From the NCBI GenBank assembly GCA_035532195.1, contig DATKRM010000204.1:1-59025 (forward strand): a DNA stretch of 59,025 nucleotides. Direction: 5' to 3'. The notes below the pieces were generated by a model. The model was not told where the DNA came from. It saw only the letters and a program-made list of their open reading frames with translations, and ran no database searches. The stretch is from Solirubrobacteraceae bacterium. Its GTDB lineage: Bacteria; Actinomycetota; Thermoleophilia; Solirubrobacterales; Solirubrobacteraceae. Each line of letters begins with the position of its first letter. Positions within the stretch are counted from its first letter, which is position 1. Below, in pieces: positions 57,876 to 59,025 of the stretch. The position numbers and the translations under genes are program-made.

Positions 57876-58295
57876 TCAGACGGGATCAGTGACTTCGGCC
57901 CAGTTCTTGTCGGTCTCCCACAGCCGCACCGACCGCAACATTCCCTCGGGGAGCTCTGAGCGGATCCGCTCCCAGAACGCCAGGGCTAGGTTCTCTGCTG
58001 TGGGGATCTGCCCTTCCAACCACTGAACGTCTGTATTCAGGTTGCGGTGGTCGACGTCCTGGATGATCCGCCGGGAGATGACATCAGAGAGTTCCTTCAG
58101 GTCCAAGACGTACCCCGTGGCCTGATCGATCTGGCCAGCCAGCACGACCTCGAGGACGTAGTTGTGCCCGTGCAGATTCGCGCACTTCCCGAATATCCGT
58201 TGATTCTCCTCATCGGACAGGCCGGGATCGCACAACTGATGTGCCGCGTTGAACGACTCGCGGCGACTGACCAGCACCGTCGCCGAGCTAGTCAT
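57876..58295 (-). CDS. 6-pyruvoyl-tetrahydropterin synthase / QueD family protein
   Basis: FNAAH, LSDEEN.RIFGKCANLHGHNY, DHRNLN, PTAENLA, LWET; TACGGT -10 before ATG 58295. Confidence 0.93.
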   Translation of the reverse strand: MTSSATVLVSRRESFNAAHQLCDPGLSDEENQRIFGKCANLHGHNYVLEVVLAGQIDQATGYVLDLKELSDVISRRIIQDVDHRNLNTDVQWLEGQIPTAENLALAFWERIRSELPEGMLRSVRLWETDKNWAEVTDPV

Positions 58296-58336
58296 AGCTT
58301 CCACCGTAGGAAAAGAGTGGGCTGCATTTCACGCGG

Positions 58337-58477
58337 TCAGTGCCCGGCGACCTGGCCACCGTCGATATGAAGGACTTTGCCGGTGACCAAGGTGGCCCGT
58401 TCAAGATAAAGGATCCCATCGACGCCGTCGCTGATCTCGCCCATCCTGCCCCGAGGGTAAAGGCCGGTCAGCTTCAT
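58337..58477 (-). pseudogene. C-terminal fragment of an SDR gene
   Basis: P.GRMGEISD.VDGILYLE.AT.VTG.VLHIDGGQ.AGH is an SDR tail; no Rossmann or YxxxK part upstream. Confidence 0.75.
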
Positions 58478-58640
58478 AGGATGTGGGATTGAGCGTAGTT
58501 GGGCCGTCGGCTCGCGATCTAACCGGCAGCTCGCAACGGGAAGCCGCTTCCGGCACTCTTCCACAGCCTACCCACGTACACTCGCGCAGAGTGGGTAACG
58601 GGGTGTCCTCGCTGCATCATTTGCGCCACATGGTGGGCCC

Positions 58641-58988
58641 TTGAAGCGAACCGGCGGGACGGCTGCACGAAGCCTCGTCAAGCGACTCGCCGCCCGTACT
58701 GGCCGCGAGCACAAAATCCGGGCGCTCCGAGCAGCCACGGAACCCTACGCCGTGTACAGGAATGGCCGAGACAACGCAGCTTTGCTCGCGGTGATGACTT
58801 CCATCTTGCGGCGTGATTCGTGTTGCATTGATGTCGGTGCGAACGAGGGCGAGATGCTCCAGGAGATGCTTCGCCTCGCTCCTCAAGGGCGCCATCTTGC
58901 CTTTGAGCCCCTCCCGGATTACGCCGAGCGCTTAGCCTTGATCCACCGTTCTTCGGTGGGGAGTCGTCCGATCCGCAGATTTAAATGA
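58641..58988 (+). pseudogene. Truncated FkbM-family methyltransferase
   Basis: CIDVGANEG and AFEPLP present; similarity stops near 58940, before the KIDVEG motif. Confidence 0.7.
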
Positions 58989-59025
58989 CCTCCTGAGCAG
59001 GCAGAAAGCTGTCGTGTCGGGCGAC

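Noticed and set aside
55292-58295. Dpd-type 7-deazaguanine DNA modification or defence system
   Set aside because: No dpdA/tgt, queC, queE, helicase or nuclease in the window; the neighbours are small-molecule tailoring enzymes.

Overview
High-GC window whose gene content, leaderless TANNNT promoters and synteny suggest a deep-branching actinobacterium (Thermoleophilia/Solirubrobacterales-like; inference). A conserved core (hisS-aspS, an IscU-fused mnmA, alaS-ruvX-mltG-aroE) runs into a type IV pilus locus split in two: pilB-pilT-pilC at 17.8-22.0 kb and pilA-pilD-GT-C glycosyltransferase-pilM-pilN at 0-4.2 kb. The ~13 kb block between them holds tandem phospholipase C-type phosphoesterases, an ABC exporter, an atypical TrpB2-ALDH-MFS operon and a GGDEF(degenerate)-EAL protein. 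pilA is preceded by a clear c-di-GMP-I riboswitch and a sigma28/WhiG-like promoter, and similar promoters precede pilT, pilM, the EAL gene and one hypothetical gene. The right half has GH6 and GH30 hydrolases, a SCO-thioredoxin-TlpA fusion, a candidate RPPP arrest-peptide leader, a sulfate ABC transporter with a Cys-less Rrf2 regulator, an arsR-arsM/aquaporin unit, a LipJ-like cyclase, and a PTPS/QueD-methyltransferase-GT4-SDR operon that looks like a pterin-glycoside pathway. Two pseudogene fragments lie at the right edge. No tRNA, rRNA, CRISPR or transposase was seen. All calls come from motif recognition by eye; no searches were run.
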